IMG/VR virus record: IMGVR_UViG_3300003375_000003
Span: 1-45,514 of that record
Length of the DNA: 45,514 nt
Strand: one strand, 5' to 3'
Origin: a virus
The translations under genes and the position numbers were made by a program. Of the stretch, positions 7,398 to 15,373 are shown in pieces; the first letter of the stretch is position 1, and each line of letters opens with the position of its first letter. The notes beneath the pieces were generated by a model. The model did no database searches and was not told the DNA's origin. It saw only the letters and a list, made by a program, of their open reading frames with translations.

Positions 7398-8387
7398 CTA
7401 TATACTTATTCACCCTAAAAAGAAAAACGAGATGAAAGACATAGATTTTAATAATGCTTTAAAAGCACTTGTAAAATGAAAAAGCGACTACTTATATCTT
7501 TTATCGGGGGTAGAACATCGGAATTTATGCTATGGTGGTTAATGAACAAATGGGAGGACAGACACCTTTACGATATAATAGTTGTATTTGCTAATACGGG
7601 TAAAGAGGTAGAAGGAACGTTGTTTTTTGTTGACGAGGTGGCGCAGGAATTTAACATACCTGTTGTGTGGGTGGAGGGCTACCCAAGCGATAAGGGTAAA
7701 GGTTGGGCAGTCAATCATAAAATTGTCACCTATGAAACAGCCAGTAGAAACGGAGAGCCGTTCGAAGCAATGATAAAAAAGTTAGGCATCCCTTGTAGTG
7801 AAGCTCCATTTTGCTCAGACCAACTAAAAAGAAGTGCTATTGAAAGCTATTTACGTTCGATAGGTTGGGAAAATGGTAGTTATGATGTAGCTATTGGTAT
7901 TAGGATTGACGAACCTAAAAGATACAAAACCAAACGAGGGGTAAGGAAAGTAAAGAAAAACAGGATTTTACCATTGGTTGATATTTTCCCTGTTGATAAG
8001 AAATGGATTTTAACATGGTGGAAACAACAAACATTCGACTTAGACATACACGAGGATGATGGGAACTGTGATAACTGTTGGAAAAAGAGCGACAAGGTTT
8101 TATATCGAAACGCCATAAGAAAACCTAAATCTTTCAACTGGTGGCAAAGAATGACAGATACATACCAATGTATAAGGGTTGAAGGGGTAGTGAATTTCTT
8201 TAGAAAAAACAGGTCACCCAAAGACATTATCTGTCAGGCACAAAAGACAACACAGGAGGAAATAAAGCAACAATCATTATTTGACGAAGTATATGCATGT
8301 GGTGAAAGCTGCGAACCATTTTAAAAGATGGGTTTTACCCACCCTTAGCAGTATTGCAATAACAGGGTAAATAAGTATATAGTTACC
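7393..8387. mobile_element. TIR-bounded mobile insertion cassette 2 (995 bp; cargo is a PAPS-reductase-like gene; no transposase)
   Basis: Left end is GATAACTATATACTTATTCACCCT (7393-7416). The reverse complement of the right end is GGTAACTATATACTTATTTACCCT (8364-8387), so 22 of 24 positions are identical. A perfect 8-bp direct repeat ATACAAAA abuts both ends (7385-7392 and 8388-8395). Confidence 0.8.
7476..8324 (+). CDS. PAPS-reductase/PP-loop ATP-pyrophosphatase family protein (DndC-like fold)
   Basis: N-terminal PP-loop variant LISFIGGRTSE (compare SFSGGKDS), FCSDQLKRSAIE and GIRIDEPKR (compare GxRxdES..R). C-terminal Cys clusters DGNCDNCWKK and ACGESCEPF. Confidence 0.75.
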   Translation: MKKRLLISFIGGRTSEFMLWWLMNKWEDRHLYDIIVVFANTGKEVEGTLFFVDEVAQEFNIPVVWVEGYPSDKGKGWAVNHKIVTYETASRNGEPFEAMIKKLGIPCSEAPFCSDQLKRSAIESYLRSIGWENGSYDVAIGIRIDEPKRYKTKRGVRKVKKNRILPLVDIFPVDKKWILTWWKQQTFDLDIHEDDGNCDNCWKKSDKVLYRNAIRKPKSFNWWQRMTDTYQCIRVEGVVNFFRKNRSPKDIICQAQKTTQEEIKQQSLFDEVYACGESCEPF

Positions 8388-8403
8388 ATACAAAAAATAA
8401 ATA

Positions 8404-9903
8404 ATGGCACTAAATATAAAAAAAGATTTCAATAATAACAGATCGCGCAAGCCAGACTTAACAACTTTGGTTTACGGGAAAATACCACCTCAGGCGCCTG
8501 AATTTGAGGAGGCTATTCTTGGTTGTTGCTTACATGAAAACGGACGGCACACATTTGAAATTGTGTTGGGTATAATTCAACAGCCTGATATTTTCTATGT
8601 AGATGCTCACCAAAAGATATTTGCAGCCCTATTGCGCATGTATGAAGCTCATTTGCCTATTGATTTGCTTCTTACCACGGAGGAATTGAGAAAATCTAAT
8701 GAATTAGAATTGGTTGGCGGTGGTTATTACCTGACAAACCTTATGCGTAAGGTTATCACAGATGAAAATGTAGAATTTCATTGCAGGGTAATAGTTGAGA
8801 AATTTATTCAGCGTGAATTAATACGCATTTCAGGTAATTGCATTGGTGACGCTTACGAGGATAATACAGACCCTTTTGATTTGGGAGAAAAAATAAGCGA
8901 CGAACTATTTAAAGTTTTATCCGGTAACATCAAAAAAGAACCTAAAAACATATCCTTAAGTGTAAAGGAATTATCAGAAAAACTTGAGGAACTTAAAAAA
9001 TCAAAAAGCGATTTAACGGGTGTGCCGTCAGGATTTTCTGAACTGGACGCAATAACGGGAGGATGGCAAAAATCAGACCTTACTATACTTGCCGCCCGTC
9101 CTTCTGTTGGTAAAACGGCATTCGCAATAGCTTTATCGCTTAATGCAGCATTGGCCGGTAAGCCAAGCGTAATTTTTGAGTTGGAGATGAATACGGGGCA
9201 GGTAATTATACGTATGGTATCATCTGTTGGAGAAGTTGAAATGCACCAATTAAGTCACCCAAAAAATATGACGGATGATGAATGGAGTAGGTATTACGCC
9301 GCCGCCGATAAAGTTGGAAAATTGAAAATATTTATTGATGATGAAGGAGGATTAAACATTTTTGAACTACGGGCAAAAGCAAGGAGATTAAAGCAAAAAC
9401 ACGATATAGAATTAATAATTATTGACTATCTGCAAATAATGTCAGGAATTGGAGGCGAGGGAAATAGGGAGCAGGAAATTAGTAAGATCAGCAGGGATTT
9501 AAAGAAATTGGCTAAAGACTTAGATGTTCCGATTATCGCATTATCTCAGCTTAACCGGAGCATGGAAAATACTAATGGAGAGTCAACGCGAGATCCTAAG
9601 TTATCAGATTTGCGGGAATCGGGAGCTATTGAACAAGATGCAGACAATGTAATTTTCATACACGATCCATCTGCCAAGATGATTGCCGCCAATAACATGT
9701 TTATGGGAAAGAAAATCATAAATATAGCTAAGGGTAGAAATATCGGGGTTCATGTGATACCCCTTGAGTTCAATAAAGATATTCAGAGATGGCGAGATGT
9801 TGACCAACCGAGTAATCAATTCCCGACAGAAAAACCGCCCGACAACCCCAAAGCAGGAATAAAAGGCGACTACAACAACTTCAACCGAAAAGACTGGGAA
9901 TAA
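8404..9903 (+). CDS. dnaB: DnaB-family replicative helicase
   Basis: GVPSGFSELDAITGGWQKSDLTILAARPSVGKTAFA (Walker A), IIDYLQIM, ALSQLNRS and LRESGAIEQDAD are canonical DnaB motifs. 499 aa. Confidence 0.95.
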   Translation: MALNIKKDFNNNRSRKPDLTTLVYGKIPPQAPEFEEAILGCCLHENGRHTFEIVLGIIQQPDIFYVDAHQKIFAALLRMYEAHLPIDLLLTTEELRKSNELELVGGGYYLTNLMRKVITDENVEFHCRVIVEKFIQRELIRISGNCIGDAYEDNTDPFDLGEKISDELFKVLSGNIKKEPKNISLSVKELSEKLEELKKSKSDLTGVPSGFSELDAITGGWQKSDLTILAARPSVGKTAFAIALSLNAALAGKPSVIFELEMNTGQVIIRMVSSVGEVEMHQLSHPKNMTDDEWSRYYAAADKVGKLKIFIDDEGGLNIFELRAKARRLKQKHDIELIIIDYLQIMSGIGGEGNREQEISKISRDLKKLAKDLDVPIIALSQLNRSMENTNGESTRDPKLSDLRESGAIEQDADNVIFIHDPSAKMIAANNMFMGKKIINIAKGRNIGVHVIPLEFNKDIQRWRDVDQPSNQFPTEKPPDNPKAGIKGDYNNFNRKDWE

Positions 9904-9935
9904 CCCCACATTTTTAACCAAAAAAAGAAAGAAAG

Positions 9936-10301
9936 ATGAAAACATTTGAACAGCTAATCAAAGAACATGGGATTTGGGCTGATGCCACTTTCCCGAAAGG
10001 AACTGCACAAGGCGCATTGATTCACGGTATGCGTGAGGCGCACGAAGTTATTTTAGATTTTGAGGAAATGGCTTCTAAGGAAAGTAAAGCGGTTGAACTT
10101 TCTGATTTCTTAGGATGCATATTTGATGCAGGCAGAAGATTTGGGGTAGATACAAAAACAGTTGCCCGAATGCTTGATTACTTATGCGATACGAGCGTTA
10201 CTCTTATCGACGTGCGAAATGCATTTGATTTAAAGTTACAAATCAACAAGGGGCGCACATGGAAAGACAATGGCGACGGCTCATATTCACACGTAAAATA
10301 A
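9936..10301 (+). CDS. MazG-like/DUF550-like nucleotide pyrophosphohydrolase (putative)
   Basis: WADATFP...ALIHGMREAHEV...ELSDFLGCIFDAGRRFG...KLQINKGRTW...SHVK resembles the all-alpha NTP-PPase E..E / E..D pattern and the DUF550 C-terminus. Confidence 0.5.
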   Translation: MKTFEQLIKEHGIWADATFPKGTAQGALIHGMREAHEVILDFEEMASKESKAVELSDFLGCIFDAGRRFGVDTKTVARMLDYLCDTSVTLIDVRNAFDLKLQINKGRTWKDNGDGSYSHVK

Positions 10302-10333
10302 CCCCACCAATTTTTAACTTTTAAAACGATATT

Positions 10334-10516
10334 ATGAAAAACAATGAAGGATTGCAAGACAACAATTCTCCGATAGTTCAGCAATCAGTAACAAGAGTTG
10401 AAGTAATCGACCATACCAAAAAAGATAATTGCAGATGTTATGTAAAATACGATGCAAAAGTGGTGTCACTAAGCTACCAAGATGACGGAAGGACATTGAA
10501 AATATTTATCTCCTAA
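10334..10516 (+). CDS. hypothetical protein (60 aa)
   Basis: ORF in the operon orientation. No motif recognised. Confidence 0.45.
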   Translation: MKNNEGLQDNNSPIVQQSVTRVEVIDHTKKDNCRCYVKYDAKVVSLSYQDDGRTLKIFIS

Positions 10517-10541
10517 CCCACTCTTAATTAAAAATTGAAAT

Positions 10542-10733
10542 ATGAAAAAAGTAATAGCCGCTGTTAAATGTTCGCTTTACATAACATTTATTAGCGTACT
10601 CGTTTTTGGCGGCAGTGCGCTTTTCTTTATGCCTATCCTTATCGTAATGGGTGGGGGTAACGCTTGTTATCTTTTCCTTTACATACCGATTATTTTCATA
10701 ATTGCTTTTGTGGGTGAAATATTTAAGAAATGA
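10542..10733 (+). CDS. small two-TM membrane protein
   Basis: 63 aa with two hydrophobic helices (LYITFISVLVFGGSALFFMPILIV and CYLFLYIPIIFIIAFVG). Overlaps the next gene by 4 nt (ATGA). Confidence 0.5.
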   Translation: MKKVIAAVKCSLYITFISVLVFGGSALFFMPILIVMGGGNACYLFLYIPIIFIIAFVGEIFKK

Positions 10734-11167
10734 CCTTTAAACTCCACAACCTCGAAAAGCTGCCAAACGGGATGTATAGGGTGCGAAGTGGCGCAATGGT
10801 ATCAAAAACGGAAAATAAAGCCCCATTTGCCAAGAAAACGAGCAATCAGGGCAATATTAGGGTGGTTGTTGACGGTATAAATTTTCAAAGCAAGAAAGAA
10901 GCCGAAAGATACACCCTGCTAAAGTTGCTAGAAAAGACCGGGAAAATACAAGATTTGAAAAGACAGGTGCCATTTGAATTAAACAAAAACGGGACACATT
11001 CACTTATTTACTATGCGGATTTCTGCTATTACGAAAATGGGGTGTATGTGGTGAATGATGTTAAGCCATTCGATAAGAAGTCGGGAAAGTTCAGATTGTC
11101 GCAGTTGTTCAAAAAGAAGTCAAGATTAATGTTTAAACTTTATTCGATAACTATAAAATTAAGCTGA
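10730..11167 (+). CDS. DUF1064-type endonuclease (putative Holliday-junction resolvase-like)
   Basis: VDGINFQSKKEAERYTLLKLLEKTGKIQDLKRQVPFEL...YYADFCYYENGVYVVNDVKP matches the DUF1064 pattern (F.SK.EA.RY..L.LL...G.I..L..Q..F.L...Y.ADF.Y...VxDVK). Confidence 0.6.
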   Translation: MTFKLHNLEKLPNGMYRVRSGAMVSKTENKAPFAKKTSNQGNIRVVVDGINFQSKKEAERYTLLKLLEKTGKIQDLKRQVPFELNKNGTHSLIYYADFCYYENGVYVVNDVKPFDKKSGKFRLSQLFKKKSRLMFKLYSITIKLS

Positions 11168-11170
11168 GAA

Positions 11171-11761
11171 ATGATAGAGTATAAATACTATAAAGAGTTG
11201 AGGGATTTTGCGGAAAAATCAGGTTTGCCATTTGATAAAGAAACAATGCGACTATATGTAAAAATGGTTGAAAAGTTTACCGAGGCTCAAGGTAAGGAAA
11301 TTGTGAAATTAAAAATGAAAAATCTTGAGGGACGGTTACAGCATGGTGAAATTGGCGTAAACAGAAAAGAGATAAAAGAACATCTTAGGATTTGCAAAAG
11401 GGTGGTAAACGGTATAGATGAAGCAATGAGAATGCCCGTGAATTTTGTTAGAGGCTCTCGCATAGCTAAATTAATGAATGAGTTAAACAATACAATTTTT
11501 ATGGTGGGATTTTCTGTAAAAGAAAATTCATCTATTGAGGGTAAAGCGGATTTTGAAGATGAGTTAATAAAGATATTTGCCGCCAAGCAAGATGATTTAT
11601 TGTTAAAAGCCGCCTTTGATGGAACAAAAAGGCGAAATCTCACATTTTCATTAGACTTAGAAAACGGAAGTAGCGGGACAGTTAATTACAACAAGAAAGA
11701 ATCGCGTTTTGATTTTATAGAATATTCATTACATGGCTACGCCAAACAAATACCACTTTAA
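11171..11761 (+). CDS. hypothetical protein (196 aa)
   Basis: Clean ORF in the operon orientation. No motif recognised. Confidence 0.6.
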   Translation: MIEYKYYKELRDFAEKSGLPFDKETMRLYVKMVEKFTEAQGKEIVKLKMKNLEGRLQHGEIGVNRKEIKEHLRICKRVVNGIDEAMRMPVNFVRGSRIAKLMNELNNTIFMVGFSVKENSSIEGKADFEDELIKIFAAKQDDLLLKAAFDGTKRRNLTFSLDLENGSSGTVNYNKKESRFDFIEYSLHGYAKQIPL

Positions 11762-11882
11762 AGTAACCACATTTTAAACAACTAAAAAGGAAAGTATGAA
11801 CGAAAAGATAAAATCAGCATCCACCGTAGAAATGAGAATCGTAGTAGAACTAACGGAAACATAGGCGAGATTCTTAATACTT

Positions 11883-12056
11883 ATGACCAAATGGGGTACT
11901 AAACCTTTTATAGATTGGTTTACCAAGCACCTTACAAAATATGATTTGAAGCCTTTAATATCAGGTGTAGAGTCTTTGTTTAAAACCATAAATAACGAAT
12001 TGCCACAGCACATAAAGAAGATTGATAAATCGAGAGAAATACTATCAACCAAATGA
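11883..12056 (+). CDS. small hypothetical protein (57 aa)
   Basis: ATG 11883 to TGA 12054-12056 gives MTKWGTKPFIDWFTKHLTKYDLKPLISGVESLFKTINNELPQHIKKIDKSREILSTK. Co-oriented with the operon and preferred over the antisense track ORF 11774..12067. Confidence 0.3.
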   Translation: MTKWGTKPFIDWFTKHLTKYDLKPLISGVESLFKTINNELPQHIKKIDKSREILSTK

Positions 12057-12105
12057 CGCTCCGCCAATGGTCAGAAACCGAGAAACGATTTAAAAAATAG
12101 AAACC

Positions 12106-12459
12106 ATGTTAACCAATATATCCATGTTACCGACAAGTATAGTTTATGCAATGCCATGTTTGCAGAAGCAAATACCCGTATTGATTGAGGAAAATGTAAT
12201 AGCCGACATCTGTAAAGCCTTTAATGTTTCGTGGGAAGATGTAATGAGCCATAACAGAAAGACCAAGTTTAAATATGCCCGTTGGTTTTTTTGGAAGATA
12301 CTAAGGTCGCATGGTTACTCATTGGCTATATGTGGTGGCTATTCAGGACATGACCATACATCTGTGATAAACGGGATGCGGAATATTGACAGGGACATTG
12401 AAAATATTTGGGAGTTATGGTATGCATGGGAGAAAGTTAAAAAACATTATAACGGATAA
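12106..12459 (+). CDS. DnaA domain IV-like (Bac_DnaA_C) DNA-binding protein
   Basis: ICKAFNVSWEDVMSHNRKTKFKYARWFFWKILRSHGYSLAICGGYSGHDHTSVINGMRNI aligns with the DnaA C-terminal HTH pattern (S..R......AR.......L...S...IG...G..DHTTV.H....I). Confidence 0.7.
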   Translation: MLTNISMLPTSIVYAMPCLQKQIPVLIEENVIADICKAFNVSWEDVMSHNRKTKFKYARWFFWKILRSHGYSLAICGGYSGHDHTSVINGMRNIDRDIENIWELWYAWEKVKKHYNG

Positions 12460-12470
12460 AACTAGACAAT

Positions 12471-13049
12471 ATGCCACTAAGAAAATGCCCCGTGTGCGGG
12501 AAAATGAAACACCACGTGCCCGCAAAGATAAGAAAGTACAAAGTCCATTATTGTAGTCAGCAATGCCAGGGCGCGGAGAAGTACACATGGATTGGGTATT
12601 TAGTTGCCAACTCTCCGAAGTTGAGCCGTAATGTTATGGCAGAGCATATAGGTATAGAACTAACAACCTTGCGGGGATGGATAAGCGACTTTAAGCGCAT
12701 CGGGATAAAGTTGGGCTACAAACCTATCGCAACCGCTGATAAGAAAAATGCCAAACGGCTGAAAGTTGGTACTGTCCGAATCCGCGAAAGCCGAGGTATT
12801 GAATATAGGTATATAAAAACTTCCGAAGGGTGGCGTGTGCTAGGTCGTGTAATTCCGAAAATAAAAGACATGTCGTTACAACGCAAGAAACAGAAACGGC
12901 AGGATTTTGACAGGCAGACCATGAGGAAAGCCCCGAAGCCTGAGCCTAAGAAGTTGCCGAGCAAGATAACCACTTTTGATCCGCTGATACATAAAATGGT
13001 TAGGATTGATAGTCGGACATACAAACAAGTACTTAAAATCTCAGCATAA
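12471..13049 (+). CDS. zinc-ribbon plus basic DNA-binding-like protein
   Basis: N-terminal CPVCGK...HYCSQQCQ four-Cys motif and a Lys/Arg-rich C-terminus. No specific family recognised. Confidence 0.55.
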   Translation: MPLRKCPVCGKMKHHVPAKIRKYKVHYCSQQCQGAEKYTWIGYLVANSPKLSRNVMAEHIGIELTTLRGWISDFKRIGIKLGYKPIATADKKNAKRLKVGTVRIRESRGIEYRYIKTSEGWRVLGRVIPKIKDMSLQRKKQKRQDFDRQTMRKAPKPEPKKLPSKITTFDPLIHKMVRIDSRTYKQVLKISA

Positions 13050-13064
13050 CTAAAATTAAAACGT

Positions 13065-13421
13065 ATGGAAATGAAAGTACTCCACCTGATACTAAAAAAG
13101 AAGTGGTTTGACATGATCCTTTCAGGAGAAAAGAAAGAGGAGTATAGGGAGTTTGGCGATTATTGGCTAAAACGATTATCTAATTTCTTTGAAACAGCGG
13201 GGTGTATAGAAAAATCGAAAGAATTTCCTGATGGGTATGAGTTCAACCACTATGACATTGTTTGTTTCCGGCATGGATATGCGGCAAACGCACCTGAGAT
13301 ACGAATTGAGTGCTTAGGTATCAAAGAGGGTAGGTGTCGTCCGAATTGGTCTGACAATGCAAAAGGGACGCATATAGTTATCTCCCTCGGCAACATTATT
13401 TCAACTAACAATATTTCTTAA
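13065..13421 (+). CDS. ASCH/PUA-like domain protein (putative)
   Basis: HLILKKKWFDMILSGEKKEEYRE resembles the ASCH N-terminal strand-helix signature. 118 aa. Confidence 0.5.
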   Translation: MEMKVLHLILKKKWFDMILSGEKKEEYREFGDYWLKRLSNFFETAGCIEKSKEFPDGYEFNHYDIVCFRHGYAANAPEIRIECLGIKEGRCRPNWSDNAKGTHIVISLGNIISTNNIS

Positions 13422-13436
13422 CACAAAACAAAAATT

Positions 13437-13655
13437 ATGAACAAGGTAGAAATGAGTAATGAAGAAAAACTAAGGATATACGCAGCCTATTTGCCATGCA
13501 AAGCGTTTGACATAATTGGTAATCAAATAGTAGATGTTGCGGGATATAGCCACGATACGGGGATGCTCGAATTTTGGGCAATGAAAGATCACAATGATTC
13601 CGCTCGAAAGGATATAATTGTGGCTACGGACGCTACACCCCATCCGATTTACTAA
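13437..13655 (+). CDS. hypothetical protein (72 aa)
   Basis: ORF in the operon orientation. Confidence 0.5.
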   Translation: MNKVEMSNEEKLRIYAAYLPCKAFDIIGNQIVDVAGYSHDTGMLEFWAMKDHNDSARKDIIVATDATPHPIY

Positions 13656-13683
13656 CGCTCAAAATAGTGGAGGAGAAAAAATT

Positions 13684-14082
13684 ATGATACAGAAAAACAG
13701 TTTACGAATAGGCAACCACGTACTCTATAACTCCGAAATATGCGAAGTGTTCGGGCTACTCTCTCAAAATGTGCTATTTAAGAAACCCGATAAGACGATT
13801 GTCGAGGTGCATTATGGTGAAATGGGGTTGATGGGGATTGTAATAACCGAGCAACTACTAAAAGAGATGTGCGGTTTAATAAATTACCATGTAGGGGGTG
13901 AATGGTACAAATTAACGCCCCTGTATTTTTTGTCGAGCGACAAAAGAAGCAAAGGTTACTATACAATCTACAAAGAGATAATGCTAGATGAATGTAGTAG
14001 CATATCCCCTGCGTTTAACATGTATCACACTTTGGAAAACCTTTTTTATAACTTAACCAATTCAGAACTCCCGACGATTTGA
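13684..14082 (+). CDS. hypothetical protein (132 aa from ATG 13684)
   Basis: ATG 13684 is preceded by ggaggagaaaaaatt. The track start 13618 would overlap the previous gene. Overlaps the next gene by 4 nt. Confidence 0.55.
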   Translation: MIQKNSLRIGNHVLYNSEICEVFGLLSQNVLFKKPDKTIVEVHYGEMGLMGIVITEQLLKEMCGLINYHVGGEWYKLTPLYFLSSDKRSKGYYTIYKEIMLDECSSISPAFNMYHTLENLFYNLTNSELPTI

Positions 14083-14330
14083 AGGAAAATAAAGAGATTA
14101 TGATACGTATAAAATTACAGCCAATTAAAGAATGGCAAGAGAAAGAAGGTACTGAAGTAACAGGCAGGATATGGATTTATGTTGGTAAACTTCATGTAGG
14201 GATATGCACCCCTATAAAAAATCCAACCGCCGACATTCCTAAGTTTCGTTTTTCAAGTATGAATTACGGATTGCTTGAAGGGATGGACTCTATGGGTGCA
14301 AATAACCCTACCCCACCACACAAAAAATAA
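14079..14330 (+). CDS. hypothetical protein (83 aa), last gene of the + strand operon
   Basis: ORF in the operon orientation with an ATGA overlap to the previous gene. Confidence 0.5.
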   Translation: MKENKEIMIRIKLQPIKEWQEKEGTEVTGRIWIYVGKLHVGICTPIKNPTADIPKFRFSSMNYGLLEGMDSMGANNPTPPHKK

Positions 14331-14420
14331 AAGCAACTACATACCAAAGGAACGATTTGGGTTTTTTGCTGTACTCGATTTCTCTTTCTAATTGACGTGC
14401 GTAGATGTTCATAAAAGTTG

Positions 14421-14428
14421 TATATTTG
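14421..14428 (+). promoter_or_regulatory. Bacteroidota-type -7 box (TATATTTG = TAnnTTTG) just upstream of the tRNA-like element
   Basis: Exact TAnnTTTG match ending 4 nt before the tRNA-like sequence. No clear -33 TTTG at the expected spacing. Confidence 0.3.
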
Positions 14429-14432
14429 TGGG

Positions 14433-14497
14433 GTAATATTGTAGCTCAGTTGGTTAGAGCCGTTCGGGTCATGGGTTCAAGTCCCTTTTTTATTACA
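14433..14497 (+). ncRNA. tRNA-like element lacking an anticodon arm (degenerate tRNA or tRNA-mimic small RNA)
   Basis: Canonical D-arm GCTCAGTTGGTTAGAGC (14444-14460) and T-arm GGGTTCAAGTCCC (14473-14485). An AT-rich acceptor-like pairing joins GTAATA (14433-14438) to TATTAC (14491-14496). Only about 12 nt separate the D and T arms where about 22 nt (anticodon arm plus variable loop) are required. Confidence 0.45.
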
Positions 14498-14503
14498 TAA
14501 ACT

Positions 14504-14532
14504 AGCAGTCGGGGCAATACGGCTGCTTTTTT
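14504..14532 (+). terminator. Rho-independent terminator between the convergent early and late/lysis operons
   Basis: 8-bp stem AGCAGTCG/CGGCTGCT (one G-U pair) with an 8-nt loop, followed by TTTTTTATTTT. It sits 4 nt from the end of the minus-strand endolysin gene. Confidence 0.65.
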
Positions 14533-14535
14533 ATT

Positions 14536-15111
14536 TTAAGGAATAAAATCGGGAGCATTTACACCCCATTGAAATAAATATGCCTCGCATAGCCTGCGTT
14601 TTTTCAGCCCTTCCACTTCAACCAATTGTCCATTAACATGCGCTTTATCCCATTTCAGAAAGTCAGCGGTAATGACATCGAAATCGAGGGGTTTGGAATT
14701 AACAGATATTCTCAAAGATGAACTGTCCCAAGCACCTTGACCGACATTATAAATGAAGCAACAAAGAGCATCAAATTGCGCCTGAGTAAGGTTATCGGCT
14801 TTAGTTGCATTCAGATGGTCGATAAAATGCATTAGGGCGTTAACAAGGCATGCTTGCGCTTCTTCTTTGGTACACGTTTCACCTTCATATACTCGGTCTT
14901 GATTAGGATAATACGTAGTTCCGTAACCGATTGTCCATATTCCGGCAACATCTTTGTAGGCCGTTAATCTCAGACCTTCAAAATGCTCTAACAGGTCAAA
15001 TAATAATTGTGATGGTATCATTGAAATGGTTTGTAACAGATGAAGTAAATACCAAAAGCCAAAGAGCCTAAAATCAATATGACCAAACCCGTAAATAACA
15101 GGTCTAGCCAT
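14536..15111 (-). CDS. GH24 (T4/lambda R-type) lysozyme endolysin
   Basis: LLEHFEGLRLTAYKDVAGIWTIGYGTT carries the E-x8-D-x5-T catalytic triad spacing, with QFDALCCFIYNVG downstream. An alternative start at 15021 (MIPSQLL) would remove a 30-aa hydrophobic N-terminal extension. Confidence 0.9.
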   Translation of the reverse strand: MARPVIYGFGHIDFRLFGFWYLLHLLQTISMIPSQLLFDLLEHFEGLRLTAYKDVAGIWTIGYGTTYYPNQDRVYEGETCTKEEAQACLVNALMHFIDHLNATKADNLTQAQFDALCCFIYNVGQGAWDSSSLRISVNSKPLDFDVITADFLKWDKAHVNGQLVEVEGLKKRRLCEAYLFQWGVNAPDFIP

Positions 15112-15137
15112 ATCGACTTAGGTTTTTTGGTGTTCAT

Positions 15138-15320
15138 TTAGGCAGGTATTGTTGATTCAACAACATTGAGCAAGGTAAGCCCAAGTGTAAGCCAAATACC
15201 ATTCAGCAACTTTGGAGCAAGCACTTTAGCCGCCTCAATCTGTTCCCTTTTCTTGTCATTAGTTTCTACCGCTGCTATTGAAGCCTCGGCAACTGCGATA
15301 AAATTTGCAATTCGTTTCAT
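15138..15320 (-). CDS. small lysis-cassette membrane protein (one C-terminal TM)
   Basis: 60 aa with a TM-like segment LLNGIWLTLGLTLLNVV. Adjacent to the endolysin. Confidence 0.45.
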   Translation of the reverse strand: MKRIANFIAVAEASIAAVETNDKKREQIEAAKVLAPKLLNGIWLTLGLTLLNVVESTIPA

Positions 15321-15373
15321 GTTAAAATCTGTTTGTTCCCTACTCTTTGATGACGGATTTTCGGGTATCTCCG

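Noticed and set aside
13373-13386. Extra partial matches to the cassette TIR: CATATAGTTATC inside the ASCH gene, ATATAGTAAAAAT at the terS start (41294-41306), and AACAGGTAAAATAA at 3821-3834
   Set aside because: These are short matches of 9-12 nt in AT-rich sequence. They have no inverted partner or flanking duplication, and the first two lie within intact coding or start regions. They are compatible with chance.
14433-14497. A functional phage tRNA gene
   Set aside because: The sequence is about 65 nt with no anticodon stem-loop, has extra nucleotides at both acceptor junctions, and has a mismatched T stem. It cannot fold into a canonical cloverleaf, so it is reported only as a tRNA-like relic or mimic.
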